64,000 nucleotides of DNA from Pristiophorus japonicus. Lineage: Eukaryota. The notes under the pieces are model-generated. The model saw only the letters and a program-made list of their open reading frames with translations, was not told the origin of the DNA and did not search any database. This document shows, in pieces, positions 12,385 to 24,679 of the stretch (position 1 is the first letter of the stretch; every line of letters starts with the position of its first letter). The position numbers and the translations under genes are program-made. The stretch is from contig NC_091990.1 of the NCBI RefSeq assembly GCF_044704955.1, positions 70,370,001-70,434,000 of the forward strand. Direction: 5' to 3'.

Positions 12385-13727
12385 AGAGGACAAATGTAAT
12401 GTTGCAGTAGAGGAGGGGAGGGTAAAAATAGGTAGAAAGGTGGTGCTATATAGGTTGACAGCACTCAAAGCTCACATCACCCGGTCCAGATGGGATCTAT
12501 CCTCGGTTGGTTAGGGAAGCCAGGATGGAGATAGCAGGAGCTCTGACCACAATCTTTCAATCCTTGGATATGGGAGTGGAGCCAGAGGACTGGAGGATTG
12601 AAAATGTTACACCCCTGTTCAACAAATGGGAGAAGGATAAAGATTGGGGAGTACAGGCCAGTCAATCTAACGTCAGTGAGAGGAAACTGCTAGAGACCGT
12701 TGTCAAGGACACAATGAATTCTCACTAGGAGAGCATGGTTTAATAAGGGGCAGCCAGCATGGATTTGTTCAAGGCAAATCATGTCTGACCAACCTAATGA
12801 TTTCTTTGATGAAGTAACAGAGAGGGTTGATGAGGTCGTGCAGCCGCTGTTGTGTATATGGACTTTCGAAGGCCATTTGATAAAGTACCACATAACAGAC
12901 TTATTCGGAAAATAGAAGCACAAGAAATGGTAGTAATTTGAATATGTAAATGGCTGCGGAATAGGAGGCAGAGAGTAATGATGAATGAATGTCTTTCTGA
13001 CTGGAGAGAGGAATGCAGTGGGATCCCTCAGGGGTCGGATTTAGGAGCGCTGATTATCTTGTGATATACAAATGATATTGAGTGCAATTTTGAAGTTTAC
13101 GGATGATACAAAACTGGGCAATGCAGTAAATAGTGAGCAGGATAGCAGCAAACTTCAGGAGGACATCGACAGACTGGTGAAATGGGCAGACACATGGCAG
13201 ATGCAATTTAATGCAGATAAGTGTGAAGTGATGCACTTTGGAAGAAATAACATGGAGAGGCGGTATAATGGTGCGATATTCAGAGGGTTTCTTATGGTCT
13301 TTTCTGATGTGCCATGACATTGCTCATGTGATTACGAGGATTGACTGGGGGTGGGTGAAATCTGCCTTGGTTGGTAGCAGAGAGCAAATCACAGCGAATC
13401 GCCAGCCCGTCTCACACTCTGCCCAATGTTCTTTTCCTGATCGCTGCAAGTCGCTGATTTGCTATCGCCCGTTTTGCGATACTGCCCTTGAGTAATTGCA
13501 CTCCCAGTTTTACAAAGGATGTTATCTGGGAACGGTGATGGGAACGTACGATAAGGAAACTGTCACAGGAAGTAAAGGTGACACAGGAAGTGCATGCTAT
13601 AGGCAAGACTTCTAATGCATTGTGTAGGTGTTTCTGCAGCTGCTTGACAACAACCCAGGCAAATAAGTAGAATAAAATAAGTGGACCCCAATCGCTCTCA
13701 ACTTGCAACCAATCTGGGGAAGGTCAC

Positions 13728-13915
13728 TGTCATGTATGTATGCTTGGGGTTACTAGCCACCAGGTGGCGCCACTGTCGGAGGTCATTGGGCTGTACGTAC
13801 TTGTGCGCAGCCCAGGTATAAAAGGCAAGCCATCATGTAATGTAATCACTTTGGGCCCTAATAAAGCAGAGCCAGGTTTGTACCTGTGTTAGTTTACAGT
13901 ATTCAGTCTATCCAG
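13728..13915 (+). mobile_element. Putative LTR fragment (Gypsy/ERV-type solo LTR, 3'-truncated)
   Basis: Starts TGTCATG; TATAAAA at 13817-13823 and AATAAA at 13860-13865 in LTR order; no clear terminal CA or TSD. Confidence 0.5.
13754..13772 (+). promoter_or_regulatory. Candidate CTCF-binding motif
   Basis: TAGCCACCAGGTGGCGCCA fits the vertebrate CTCF core CCRSYAGRKGGC. Motif match only. Confidence 0.5.
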
Positions 13916-14235
13916 TTAACTCTGTGGTGTGCGCGGTGAATGTCTTTACACTTCACATAGAGGAGGTCTCCCTTTGGGGTCTGTTACCGAATGTACAAAA
14001 GCCCCACTTCTCCTGATGGTGCTGCCCCAAGCTGGGACATTGCCTGCTCAGTGCCAGTCACTGCACACTGATCTCTAAGTAGCTGGGCACTAGGGCCAAT
14101 GCTTTGACATGCCTGTTTGGTTCCACACCAATACTATGTGCTCAGGCATTCAGCCCCAATGCGGGGTTAAAGTGCCACCCCTCTCTGATAGAACTGTTTA
14201 TTGCCTCGGCAAGTGTATGAAGAATGGGCACATCG

Positions 14236-14581
14236 GGGTAAAAATTCACACTGCTTGCGACCCCTGTTCGTACCCCCGGGGGGCACTAACAGGGAGGCAA
14301 TGATTTTGCACGAGGTGGTTGGGTGGGCGGGGTGGGGAGTTTCCGTCTCCCGGGGAATTGAGCGGGAGTTAGCGGTAGCACAAAACCGACAGTGCCCTGC
14401 TCCCGCCGCGGGCCGCTGCAAGGCGATTGTTGACGTCATCGCCGTGCGCAGCGATTTGTTTTCACCTGCAGCGGAAATTGGGTCACCATGGGCGATGTCA
14501 GCGCGCACCTCGTGGGCCATCAACCGGTCACACCCCACTCGCGGGGTGAAAATTAAAGGGAAATGTGCGGCGACAGTTTTT
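14236..14581. mobile_element. GC/CpG-rich MITE-like fragment truncated by CR1
   Basis: Abrupt CpG-rich segment starting GGGGTAAAAATT; second terminus not seen. Confidence 0.3.
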
Positions 14582-15056
14582 TTCCCGGGATGGCTGGACT
14601 GACATATGAGGAGAGACTGGATCAGCTGGGCCTTTATACACTGGAGTTTAGAAGGATGAGAGGGGAGCTCATAGAAACATATAAAATTCTGACGGGACTG
14701 GACAGGTTAGATGCAGGAAGAATGTTCCCGATGTTGGGGAAGTCCAGAACCGGGGGTCACAGTCTTAGGATAAGGGGTAGGCCATTTAGGACTGAGATGA
14801 GGATAAACTTCTTCACTCAGAGAGTTGTTAACCTGTGGAATTCCGTACCACAGAGAGTTGTTGATGCCAGTTCATTAGATATATTCAACAGGGAGTTAGA
14901 TACGGCCCTTACGGCTAAAGGGATCAAGGAGTGTGGAGAGAAAGCAGGAAAGGGGTACTGAGGGAATGATCAGCCATGATCTTATTGAATGGTGGTGCAG
15001 GCTCGAAGGGCTGAATGGCCTACTCCTGCACCTATTTTTCTATGTTTCTATGTTTC
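14582..15056 (+). mobile_element. CR1 LINE 3' fragment, (TTTCTATG)n tail
   Basis: ORF PGMAGLTYEERLDQLGLY...GEKAGKGY*, 3' UTR and tail. Confidence 0.92.
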
Positions 15057-15782
15057 ATTCAGTAAGACACGATTGGAAGTTTCCTGGGAAGTGCTTAGGG
15101 ACATTGATGCTACATTAAAGCAGCTATATTACGATAAGTGTGTTCATTGTGCCCCCGTATCACCATCAATGGGAAAGTGTTGTCCTGCACAGTTGAAGAA
15201 ATAGTTTGAAGAGTGTAGTCCCAGCTTGCAGAAAAGCTTCTCCTTAGATATGATTCTTTGGCAGCACCATCTCTACACCAGATTGCTTCCAGCGAACTCA
15301 TTCATATAAAATTAAGTGCACATATTCTAAGCGTTCATTAACCCGCTTGAAGCAGAACTCTGACTGTGACAATCTGTGCGTTGTTCTCGAGTTGCTGATT
15401 CTATTGCTGAGGCTCAGGAACTGAGAGGGAAATAAAACACCAGAAAATTTTGCTCTTGGGCGTTGGGACTGACCGGTGTTCCAGATAGTGTTTTTTTTAT
15501 TTAGGTATTTCTATTTATAGCACTCAGCTGTTCGATGGGTCGACTGCCCAGATCTTTCACAATTCCTCTGCTCCAGAACTAACCAACTGGGAAATTCTGC
15601 TTCCCATCTGGTCAGAGTGAATTCAATACAATACAAGTTGGGCAAGGTGGCCAATGAGCCTGTCTCCCCACCCCCTCACTACTGGGCTGTTGATAGCCAA
15701 ACAGCGTAGGTTACAGCGCACCCTGTAATATACACACAGGAACAAGATTAGACGCACCAAGTCCTGTATTGAGAGAGATGTC

Positions 15783-16122
15783 ACTGGGTCCCCTGGGCAC
15801 TAGTCCCCTGGGCACTGGTCCCCTGGGCACTGGTGTCCCCTGGGCACTGGACCCCTGGGCGATGGTCCCCTGGGCGATGGTGCCCCTGTGTGATGGTGCC
15901 CCTGGGCGATGGTCCCCTGGGCAATGGTGCCCCTGGGCGATGGTCCCCTGGGCGATGGTGTCCCCTGGGCGATGGTCCCCTAGGCGATGGTGTCCCCTGG
16001 GTGATGGTGTCCCCTGGGTGATGGTGTCCCCTGGGTGATGGTGTCCCCTGGGCGATGGTCCCCCGGGCGATGGTGTCCCCTGGGCAATGGTCCCCTGGGC
16101 GATGGTCCCCTGGGCGATGGTG
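15783..16122. repeat. Minisatellite, 14-17 bp unit (CCCTGGGCGATGGT[GT]C)
   Basis: About 20 visible tandem units. Confidence 0.92.
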
Positions 16123-16229
16123 CAGCACAGTCACTAAGTGAAGGGTATTGGGGGGTGGGGAAAGGGGGGCAGTGAGAATCATCTCACGGAGTGAGGTTCC
16201 GATCACCGGCCAGAAAGTAACACAGATTC

Positions 16230-16570
16230 TTTTCAACAGGAGGCCATTTGGCCCATCGACCTGTGAAGGTGCTCTCCAATTAGTCCCACTCCCCTGCTCT
16301 GTCCCCATCGCCCTGTAAATGGTTATCCTTCAATATCAATATCATTCCTTTTTGAAAATTACTAATAAATCTGCTCCCACCAGACTTCCAGGCTGTATAT
16401 TCCAGATCACAGCGACACGCTGCATGAATAATGTTTCCTCATGTCGCCTCTGTCTCTATTGTCAATTATCCATGTCCTCTGAACACCGACCCTCCTGCCA
16501 CGGAAACACTTTCCTTAATTACTCGATCAAAACCATTCTTAATTTTGAAGATCTCTGTTAAATTTCCCCT
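16230..16570 (-). mobile_element. Degraded CR1-type 3' end
   Basis: aggaggccatttggcccatcga... resembles a CR1 3' UTR; a similar remnant lies at ~36050-36320. Confidence 0.45.
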
Positions 16571-16589
16571 TCGAGAATGATCTAATAGC

Positions 16590-17190
16590 CATTACAGAGA
16601 ATAATTGCAAGGTGACCACATTTGGGAACTAAATGTTCCAGGGTCTTTGACATATCAAAAAGACAGGCAGAATTGAAAAGGAGGTGGGCTAGCCCTGATA
16701 ATAAAGGATGACATAACGACAGTAGAGAGAAAGGATCTCGAGTTGGAAGATCAGGAAGTGGAATCAGTGTGGGTGGAGATAGGGAATAACAAGGGACAGA
16801 AAACACTGCTGGGAGTAGGATATCGACCCCCTAACAGTAGCTATACCATTGGATAAAGTATTAATCAAGAAATAATAGCAGCTTGTTACAAAGGTAATGC
16901 AATAATCGTGGGGGAATTTAACCTTCATATAGACTGGACAAATTAAATTGGTAAAGGTAGTCCGGAGGGCGAGTTCATGGAATGCATTCGGAACAGTTTC
17001 CGAGAACAGCACATCATGGAACCAGCCAGTGAACAGGCTATTGTAGATTTTGTATTGTGTAATGAGACAGGGTTAATTAGCAATCTCATAGTAAGGGATC
17101 CTGTGGGGCAGAGTGACCCTAATTTGTTAGAATTTCACATTACGTTTGAGCATGAAATAGTTATATCTGAAACTAGAGTCTTAAACTTAA
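16590..17190 (+). mobile_element. CR1 ORF2 endonuclease-region fragment
   Basis: ESVWVEIGNNKGQKTL, ECIRNSFREQHIMEP, DFVLCNETGLISNLIVRDP; no 3' end. Confidence 0.8.
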
Positions 17191-18922
17191 CACTAGTTAC
17201 TGCCTGCCATTCTGAAAAGGATCTGTTTATTCCTACTCTTTGCTTCCTGTCTGCCAACCAGTTCTCTATCCACGTCAATACATTACCCCCAATACCATGT
17301 GCTTTAATTTTGCACACTAATCTCTTGTGCGGGACCTTGTCAAAAGCCTTTTGAAAGTCCAAATACACCACATCCACTGGTTCTCCCTTGTCCACTCTAT
17401 TAGTTACATCCTCAAAAAATTCTACAAGATTTTTCAAGCATGATTTCCCTTTCATAAATCCATGCTGACTTGGACCAATCCTGTCACTGCTTTCCAAATG
17501 CGCTGCTAATACATCTTTAATAATTGATTCCAACATTTTCCCCACAACTGATGTCAGGCTAACCGTTCTATAATTCCTTGTTTTCTCTCACCCTCCTTTT
17601 ATAAAAAGTGGGGTTACATTAGCTATCCTCCAGTCCATAGGAACTGATCCAGAGTCTAAAGAATGTTGGAAAATGACCACCAATTCATCCACTATTTCTA
17701 GGGCCACTTCCTTAAGTACTCTGGAATGCAGGCTATCAGGCCCTGGGAATTTATCGGCCTTCAATCCCATCAATTTCCTAAAACAATTTCCTGACTAATA
17801 AGGATTTCCTTCAGTTCCTCCTTCTCACTCGATCCTCGGTCCCCTATTATTGTCGGGAGGTTATTCGTGCCTTCCTTAGTGAAGACAGAACCAAAGTATT
17901 TGTTCAATTGGTCTGCCATTTCCTTGTTCCCCATTATGAATTCACCTGATTCTAACTGCAAGGGACCTACATTAGTCTTCACTAATCTTTTTCTCTTCAC
18001 ATATCTATAGAAGTTTTTGCAGTCAGTTTTTTATGTTCCCTGCAAGCTTACTCTCATACTCTATTTTCCCCTCCTGATTAAACCCTTAGACCTCCTCTGC
18101 TGGATTCTAAATTTCTCCCAGTCCTCAGGTTTTCTGATTTTTCTGGCCAATTTATATGCCTCTTAGATTTAACACTATCCCTAATTTCCCTTGTTAGCCA
18201 CAGTTGAGCCACCTTCCCCGTTTTATTTTTACGCCAGACAGGGATGTACAATTGTTATAGGTCATCCATGTGATCTTTAAATGTCTGCCATTGCCTATCC
18301 ACCATCAACCCTTTAAGTATCATTCGCCAGTCTATCCTAGCCAATTCACATCTCATACCATCGAAGTTACCTTTCCTTAAGTTCAGGACCCTAGTCTCTG
18401 AATTAACTGTGTCACTCTTCAACTTAATGAAGAATTCTGCCATATTATGGCCATTCTTCTCCAAGGGCCCTCACACGACCAGATTGCTAATTAGTCCTTT
18501 CTCATTACACATCACCCAGTCTAGGATGGCCTGCTCTCTAGTTGGTTCCTCGACATATTGGTCTGGAAAACCATCCCTTATACACTCCAGGAAATCTTCC
18601 TCCACAGTATTGCTACCAGTTTGGTTAGCCCAATTTATATGTGGATTAAAGTCGCCCATGATAACTGCTGTACACTTATTGCACGCATCCCTAATTTCCT
18701 GTTTGATGCCATCCCCAACCTCACTATCACTGTTTGGTGATCTGTACACAACTCCCACTAACGTTTTCTGCCCTTTGGTGTTTCGTAGCTCCACCAATAC
18801 AGATTCCACATCCTCCAAGCTAATGTCCTTCCTTACTATTGCGTTAATCTCCTCTTTAACCAGTAACACCACCCCACCTCCTTTTCCTTCCTGTCTATCC
18901 TTCCTGAATATTGAATACTCCT
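17191..18922 (-). mobile_element. CR1 ORF2 fragment (APE to mid-RT), lacking 3' end
   Basis: ORFs 18471-18872, 17770-18000, 17588-17773 and 17135-17545; stops abruptly at WQAVTS. Confidence 0.9.
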
Positions 18923-18929
18923 TGAGTCT

Positions 18930-19155
18930 TGTCAGTCTGTGTGTGTGTCACTGTGTGTGTGTCAGTGTGTCTGTGTGTGTTAGTCTCCCCCCCTCCCTTC
19001 CCAGTCCCACCCCATCTCTCTCTCTCTCTCTCTCTCTCTCCCTCCCTCCCTCACCCCCATTTCTCTCACCCTCCCCTTCACCCCCGTGTTTCTTCCTCTC
19101 CCTCGTGTCTCTCCCTCCCCCACTGCCTTGTTTCTTCCCTTCCCCGCCCCCCATT
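18930..19155. repeat. (TG)n / (TC)n / C-rich low-complexity tract
   Basis: Directly visible. Confidence 0.9.
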
Positions 19156-19307
19156 TGCTACAGCACACCTTGACCAACAGAGATTTTCCAGTGAAGAGTG
19201 GGCTGGCTAGAACATCTCCAACAGATTAAAACAGCCAATGCAGTACTTTTGGAGTGTAGTCACTGTTGTAATGTGGGAAATGCCACAGACAATCTGCGCA
19301 CAGCAAA

Positions 19308-22300
19308 GGGTAATGGGTAATGGGCAATGGGCAATGGGTAATGAGCAGTGGATAATGGGCAATGGGCAATAGGTAATGGGCAATGGGCAATGGGGCATTG
19401 GGCAATGTGCACTGGGTAATGGGGCACTGGGCAATGGGTAATGGGTAATGGGCAATAGAGCACTGGGCAATGGTTAATGGGTAATGGGCAATGGGTATTG
19501 AGTAATGGGCAATGGGTAATGGGTAATGGGGTAATAAGTAATGGGCAATGGGTAATGGGTAATGGGGTAATGGGGTAATGAGTAATAGGCAATGGATAAT
19601 GGGGTAATGAGTAATGGGGCACTGGGCAATGGGTAATGGGCAATGGGGCACTGGCCAATTGGTAATGGGCAATGGGTAATGAGCACTGGGTAATGAGCAC
19701 CGGGTATTGAGTAATGGGAATGGGTAATGGGGTAAAGAGTAATTGGCAATGGGTAATGGGGTAATGGGGTAATGAGTAATGGGCAATGGATAAGGGGGTA
19801 ATGAGTAATGGGGCACTGGGCACTGGATAATGGGTAATGGCAATGGGGCACTGGCTAGTGGGTAATGGGCTATGGGTAATGGGGTAACGGGTAATGGGGT
19901 AATGGGCAATGGGTAATGGGGTAACGGGTAATGGGGTAATGGGCATTGGGTAATGGGGTAATGAGTAATGGGCAATGGGGTAATGAGCAATGGGCAATGG
20001 GGTAATAGGGTAATGGGTAATGTGGTAATGGGCATTGGGTAATGGGGTAATGAGTAATGGGCAATGGATAATGGGGTAATGAGTAATGGGGCACTGGCCA
20101 GTGGGTAATGGGCAATGGGCACTGGGTAATGGGTAATGGGGCAATGGGCAATGGGTAATGGACATTGGGTAATGGGACACTGGGCAATGGGTAATGGGCA
20201 CTGGGTAATGGGCACTGGGTAATGGGCACTGGGTTAAGGGTAATGGACACTGGGTAATGGACACTGGGTAATGGGCAATGGGGTAATGGGCACGGGGTAA
20301 TGGGGTCATGGGTAATGGGGCATGGGTAATGGGGTAATGAGTAATGGGCAATGGGTAATGGGTCATGGGGCACTGGGTAATGGGGTAATGAGTAATGTGC
20401 AATCGGTAATGGACAATGAGTAATGGGCAATGGATCATGGGGCATGGGTAATGGGGTAATGAGTAATGGGCAATGGGTAATGTGTAATGGGGTAATGAGT
20501 AATGGGCAATGGGTAATGGGCAATGAGTAATGGGCAATGGGTAATGTGCAATGGGTAATGGGCACTGGATAATGGGGTAATGAGTAATGGGTAATGGGTA
20601 ATGGGCACGGGGCACTGGGGAATGGGCACTGGGTAATGGGCACAGGGTATGGGGTAATTAGTAATGGGCAATGGGCAATGAGTAATGGGCACTGGGTAAT
20701 GGGCACTGGGGAATGGGGAATGGGCACTGGGGAATGGGCACTGGGTAATGGGCACAGGGTATGGGGTAATTAGTAGTGGGCAATGGGCAATGAGTAATGG
20801 GCACTGGGTAATGGGCACTGGGTAATGGGCACTGGGGAATGGGGAATGGGCACTGGGGAATGGGTAATGGGCAAAGGGGCACTGGGCAATGGGTAATGGG
20901 CACTGAGTAATGGGCACTGGGTAATGGGCAATGGATAATGGGCAATGGGGCACTGGCCAGTGGGTAATGGGCAATGGGTAATGGGCATTGGGTAATGGGG
21001 TAATGATTAATGGGCAATGGGTAATGGGGTAATGGGCAATGGGCAATGGTGTAATGGGTAATGGGTAAGGGGTAATGGGGTCATGGGTAATGGGTCATGG
21101 GGCACTGGGTAATGGGGTAATGAGTAATGTGCAATGGGTAATGGGGAATGGGTAATGGGTCATGGGGCACTGGGTAATGGGGTAATAAGTAATGGAGAAT
21201 GGGTAATGGGTCATGGGGCACTGGGTAATGGGGTAATGAGTAATGTGCAATGGGGAATGGGGAATGGGTAATGGGTCATGGGGCACTGGGTAATGGGGTA
21301 ATAAGTAATGGGGAATGGGTAATGGGTCATGGGGCACTGGGTAATGGGGTAATGAGTAATGTGCAATGGGTAATGGGGAATGGGTAATGGGTCATGGGGC
21401 ACTGGGTAATGGGGTAATGAGTAATGTGCAATGGGCAATGGGGAATGGGTAATGGGTCTTGGGGCACTGAGTAATGGGGTAATGAGTAATGTGCAATGGG
21501 TAATGGGGAATGGGTAATGGGTCATGGGGCACTGGGTAATGGGGTAATGAGTAATGTGCAATGGGTATTGGGGAATGGGGAATGGGTAATGGGCACGGGG
21601 TAATGGGGTCATGGGTAATGGGTAATGGGCACTGGGGAATGGGCACTGGGTAATGGGTAATGGGCACTGGGTAATGGGGCACTGGGCAATGGGGCACTGG
21701 GTAATGGGGCACTGGGTAATGGGGCACTGGGCAATGGGTAATGGGCACAGGGTAATGGGGCACTGGGCAATGGGTAATGGGCACTGGGTAATGGGGAATG
21801 GGCACTGAGTAATGGGCAATGGGCACAGGGTAATGGGGCACTGGGCAATGGGTAATGGGCACTGAGTAATGGGGTAATGGGGTAATGAGTAATGGGCAAT
21901 GGATAATGGGGTAATGCGTAATGGGCAATGGATAATGGGGTAATGAGTAATTGGGCACTGGGCACTGGGTAATGGGCAATGGGCACAGGGTAATGGGGCA
22001 CAGGGTAATGGGGCACTGGGCAATGGGTAATGGGCACTGGGTAATGGGGTAATGGGGTAATGAGTAATGGGCAATGGATAATGGGGTAATGAGTAATGGG
22101 CAATGGATAATGGGGTAATGAGTAATGGGGCACTGGGCACTGGGTAATGGGCAATGGGGCACTGGCCAGTGGGTAATGGGCAATGGGTAATGGGGTAACG
22201 GGTAATTGGGTAATGGGCATTGGGTAATGGGGTAATGAGTAATGGGCAATGGGGTAATGGGCAATGGGTAATGGGGTAATGGGGTAATGGGTAATGTGGT

Positions 22301-23641
22301 AATGGGCATTGGGTAATGCGGTAATGCGTAATGGGCAATGGATAATGGGGTAATGAGTAATGGAGCACTGGGTAATGGGCAATGGGTAATGGGGTAATGG
22401 GCAATGGGGTAATGGGCAATGGGCACTGGGTAATGGGTAATGGGTAATGGGCAATGGGCAATGGGGTAATGAGTAATGGGCAATGGGGTAATGAGTAATT
22501 GGCAATGGGTAATGGGGTAATGGGTAATGGGCAATGGGCACTGGGTAATGGGTAATGGGCATTGGGTAATGGGGTAATGAGTAATGGGCAATGGGTCATG
22601 GGGCACTGGGTAATGGGGTAATGTGCAATGGGTAATTGGGTAATTGGGTAATGGGGTAATGGGCACGGGGTAATGGGGTAATGGGTAATGGGCACTGGAG
22701 TAATGGGCACTGGGTAATGGGGTAATGTGCAATGGGTAATTGGATAATGGGGTAATCGGTAATGGGCACGGGGTAATGGGGGCATGGGTAATGGGTAATG
22801 GGCACTGGGTAATGGGACACTGGGCAATGGACACTGGGCAATGGACACTGGGCAATGGACACTGGGTAATGGGCAATGGGTAATGGACACTGGGTAATGG
22901 ATACTGGGCACGGGGTAATGGGGTAATGGGGCATGGGTAATGGGGTAATGAGTAATGGACAATGGGTAATGGGTCATGGGGCATGGGTAATGGGTCATGG
23001 GGCACTGGGTAATGGGGTAATGAGTAATGGGCCATGGGTAATGGGCCATGGGTAATGGGCAATGGGTAATGAGTCATGGGGCATGGGTAATGGGTCATGG
23101 GGCACTGGGTATTGGGGTAATGAGTAATGGGCCATGGGTAATGGGCCATGGGTAATGGGCAATGGGTAATGGGCACTGGGTAATGGGCATTGGGTAATGG
23201 GGTAATGAGTAATGGGCAATGGGTAATGGTGTAATGAGTAATGGGCCATGGGTAATGGGCCATGGGTAATGGGCAATGGGTAATGGGCACTGGGTAATGG
23301 GCATTGGGTAATGGTGTAATGAGTAATGGGCACGGGGTAATGGGGTCATGGGTCATGGGGCACTGGGTAATGGGGTAATGAGTAATGTGCAATGGGTAAT
23401 GGGGAATGGATAATGGGTAATGGGCACGGGGTAATGGGGTAATGGGTAATGGGCACTGGGTAATGGGGCACTGGGCAATGGGTAATGGGCACTGGGTAAT
23501 GGGGAATAGGGACTGAGTAATGGGGCACTGGGTAATGGGGTAATGGGGAATGGGCACTGGGTAATGGGGCACTGGACAATGGGGCACTGGGTAATGGGTG
23601 ATGGGCACTGGGTAATGGGTGATGGGGAATGGGTAATGGGG
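19308..23641. repeat. 4.3-kb satellite of 7-8 bp units GGGTAAT/GGGCAAT/GGGCACT/GGGGTAAT/GAGTAAT
   Basis: Continuous tandem array. The PITHYP-type ORFs on the minus strand are translation artefacts. Confidence 0.98.
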
Positions 23642-24212
23642 CTTCGATCAGCGCCTGGTCCTTCAACATTACCGTCATCCAATGGCCGGCTCACAATTTC
23701 ATTTGTATGTTGGCCACAACCAGATTTAACAGCAAACCATTGGGGAGCTTTTAGGGAACACTTGGGCCAATTTTGAGGCAGATTTTAAGGTGCGTCTTAA
23801 CAAAGGAAGGAGAGTTAGAGAGGGGGAGGTTCAGTGATGGAATTACAGAGAATAGGGCCTTCGTGGGCATGTCCACACACATGCTCAGGAGGAGAAGTGA
23901 CATCATGGTCCCATTCTCCCTCCCCGTCTGCCACCAAAGGTCCCGATTTCTGACATTAGAGCTGAGGAAAATCAAGATCAAAATGTGACTTTGGTACTGT
24001 GACTGCCTGCTCTCCGCAACATTTAATGGTTTAACTGCTCTTACTGATTTCCTGCTCATAACTAGTATCCATTGTGTGGGAAGGTGTGTGAGAAATGTGT
24101 CCCAACCAATTCTTCCATTGCTCAGAGCTCCCAGGCCCAGAACAGAAGGCTCCTTTACAGCTGTGTTTAGAGTGGGAAGGTTCAGACACTCCTTCTACGG
24201 ATGTGTGTGTGT

Positions 24213-24323
24213 GGGTAAGTGGAGCTGAGTCCACGGCCAGATCAGCCATGATCTTGTTGAATGGCGGAACAGGCTCGAGGGGCTAGATGGCCTACTCCTG
24301 TTCCGAATTCTTATGTTCTTATG
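24213..24323 (+). mobile_element. CR1 3'-UTR-only stub with (TTCTTATG)n tail
   Basis: Nearly identical to the 3' end of the copy at 29720-29850; embedded between TG tracts. Confidence 0.85.
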
Positions 24324-24673
24324 TCACAGTGTGTGCCACAGTATGTGTGTCACTGTATGTGTGTGTGTGTGTGTGTGTGTCACTGTATGTGTGTCACTGT
24401 ATGTGTGTCACAGTGTGTGTCACTGTGTGTGTGTGTCCCTGTGTGTGTGTCATTGTGTGTGTCACTGTGTATGCGTGTGTGTGTGTGTGTCACAGTGTGT
24501 CAGTCTGTGTGTGTGTGTGTCACTGTGTGCGTCACTGTGTGTGTGCCAGTGTGTGTGTCACTGTGTGTGTCACTGTGTGCGTGTATCAGTCTGTGTGTGT
24601 GTCACAGTGTGTGTCAGTCTGTGTGTGTCAGTCTGTGTGTGTGTGTGTGTGTCACTGTGTGTGTCACTGTGTG
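24324..24673. repeat. Compound (TG)nTCAC microsatellite
   Basis: Directly visible. Confidence 0.95.
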
Positions 24674-24679
24674 ATGGCA

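Larger units (their letters stand above)
5005..13270 (+). mobile_element. Old CR1 LINE (host of a nested cluster), in pieces ~5005-5219, 8345-8590, 10922-11416, 12385-13270
   Basis: Joined pieces give a colinear, degenerate CR1 ORF2: APE start (NARSVTNKINE), then AESI..LRNRKG, then QENFL|NQHVSCPTRKEAVLGLVLGSEVGQV across one insertion, then RT (KFTDDTKLG, WQMQFNADKCEVMHFG). Confidence 0.8.

Noticed and set aside
19308-23641. Interstitial telomeric repeat
   Set aside because: Units are 7-8 bp GGGTAAT/GGGCAAT, not TTAGGG.
19226-23694. Very long Pro/His/Tyr/Cys-rich ORFs (up to 738 aa) on the minus strand
   Set aside because: Translation of the (GGGYAAT)n satellite, whose C-rich strand rarely contains stops; open in all three frames.
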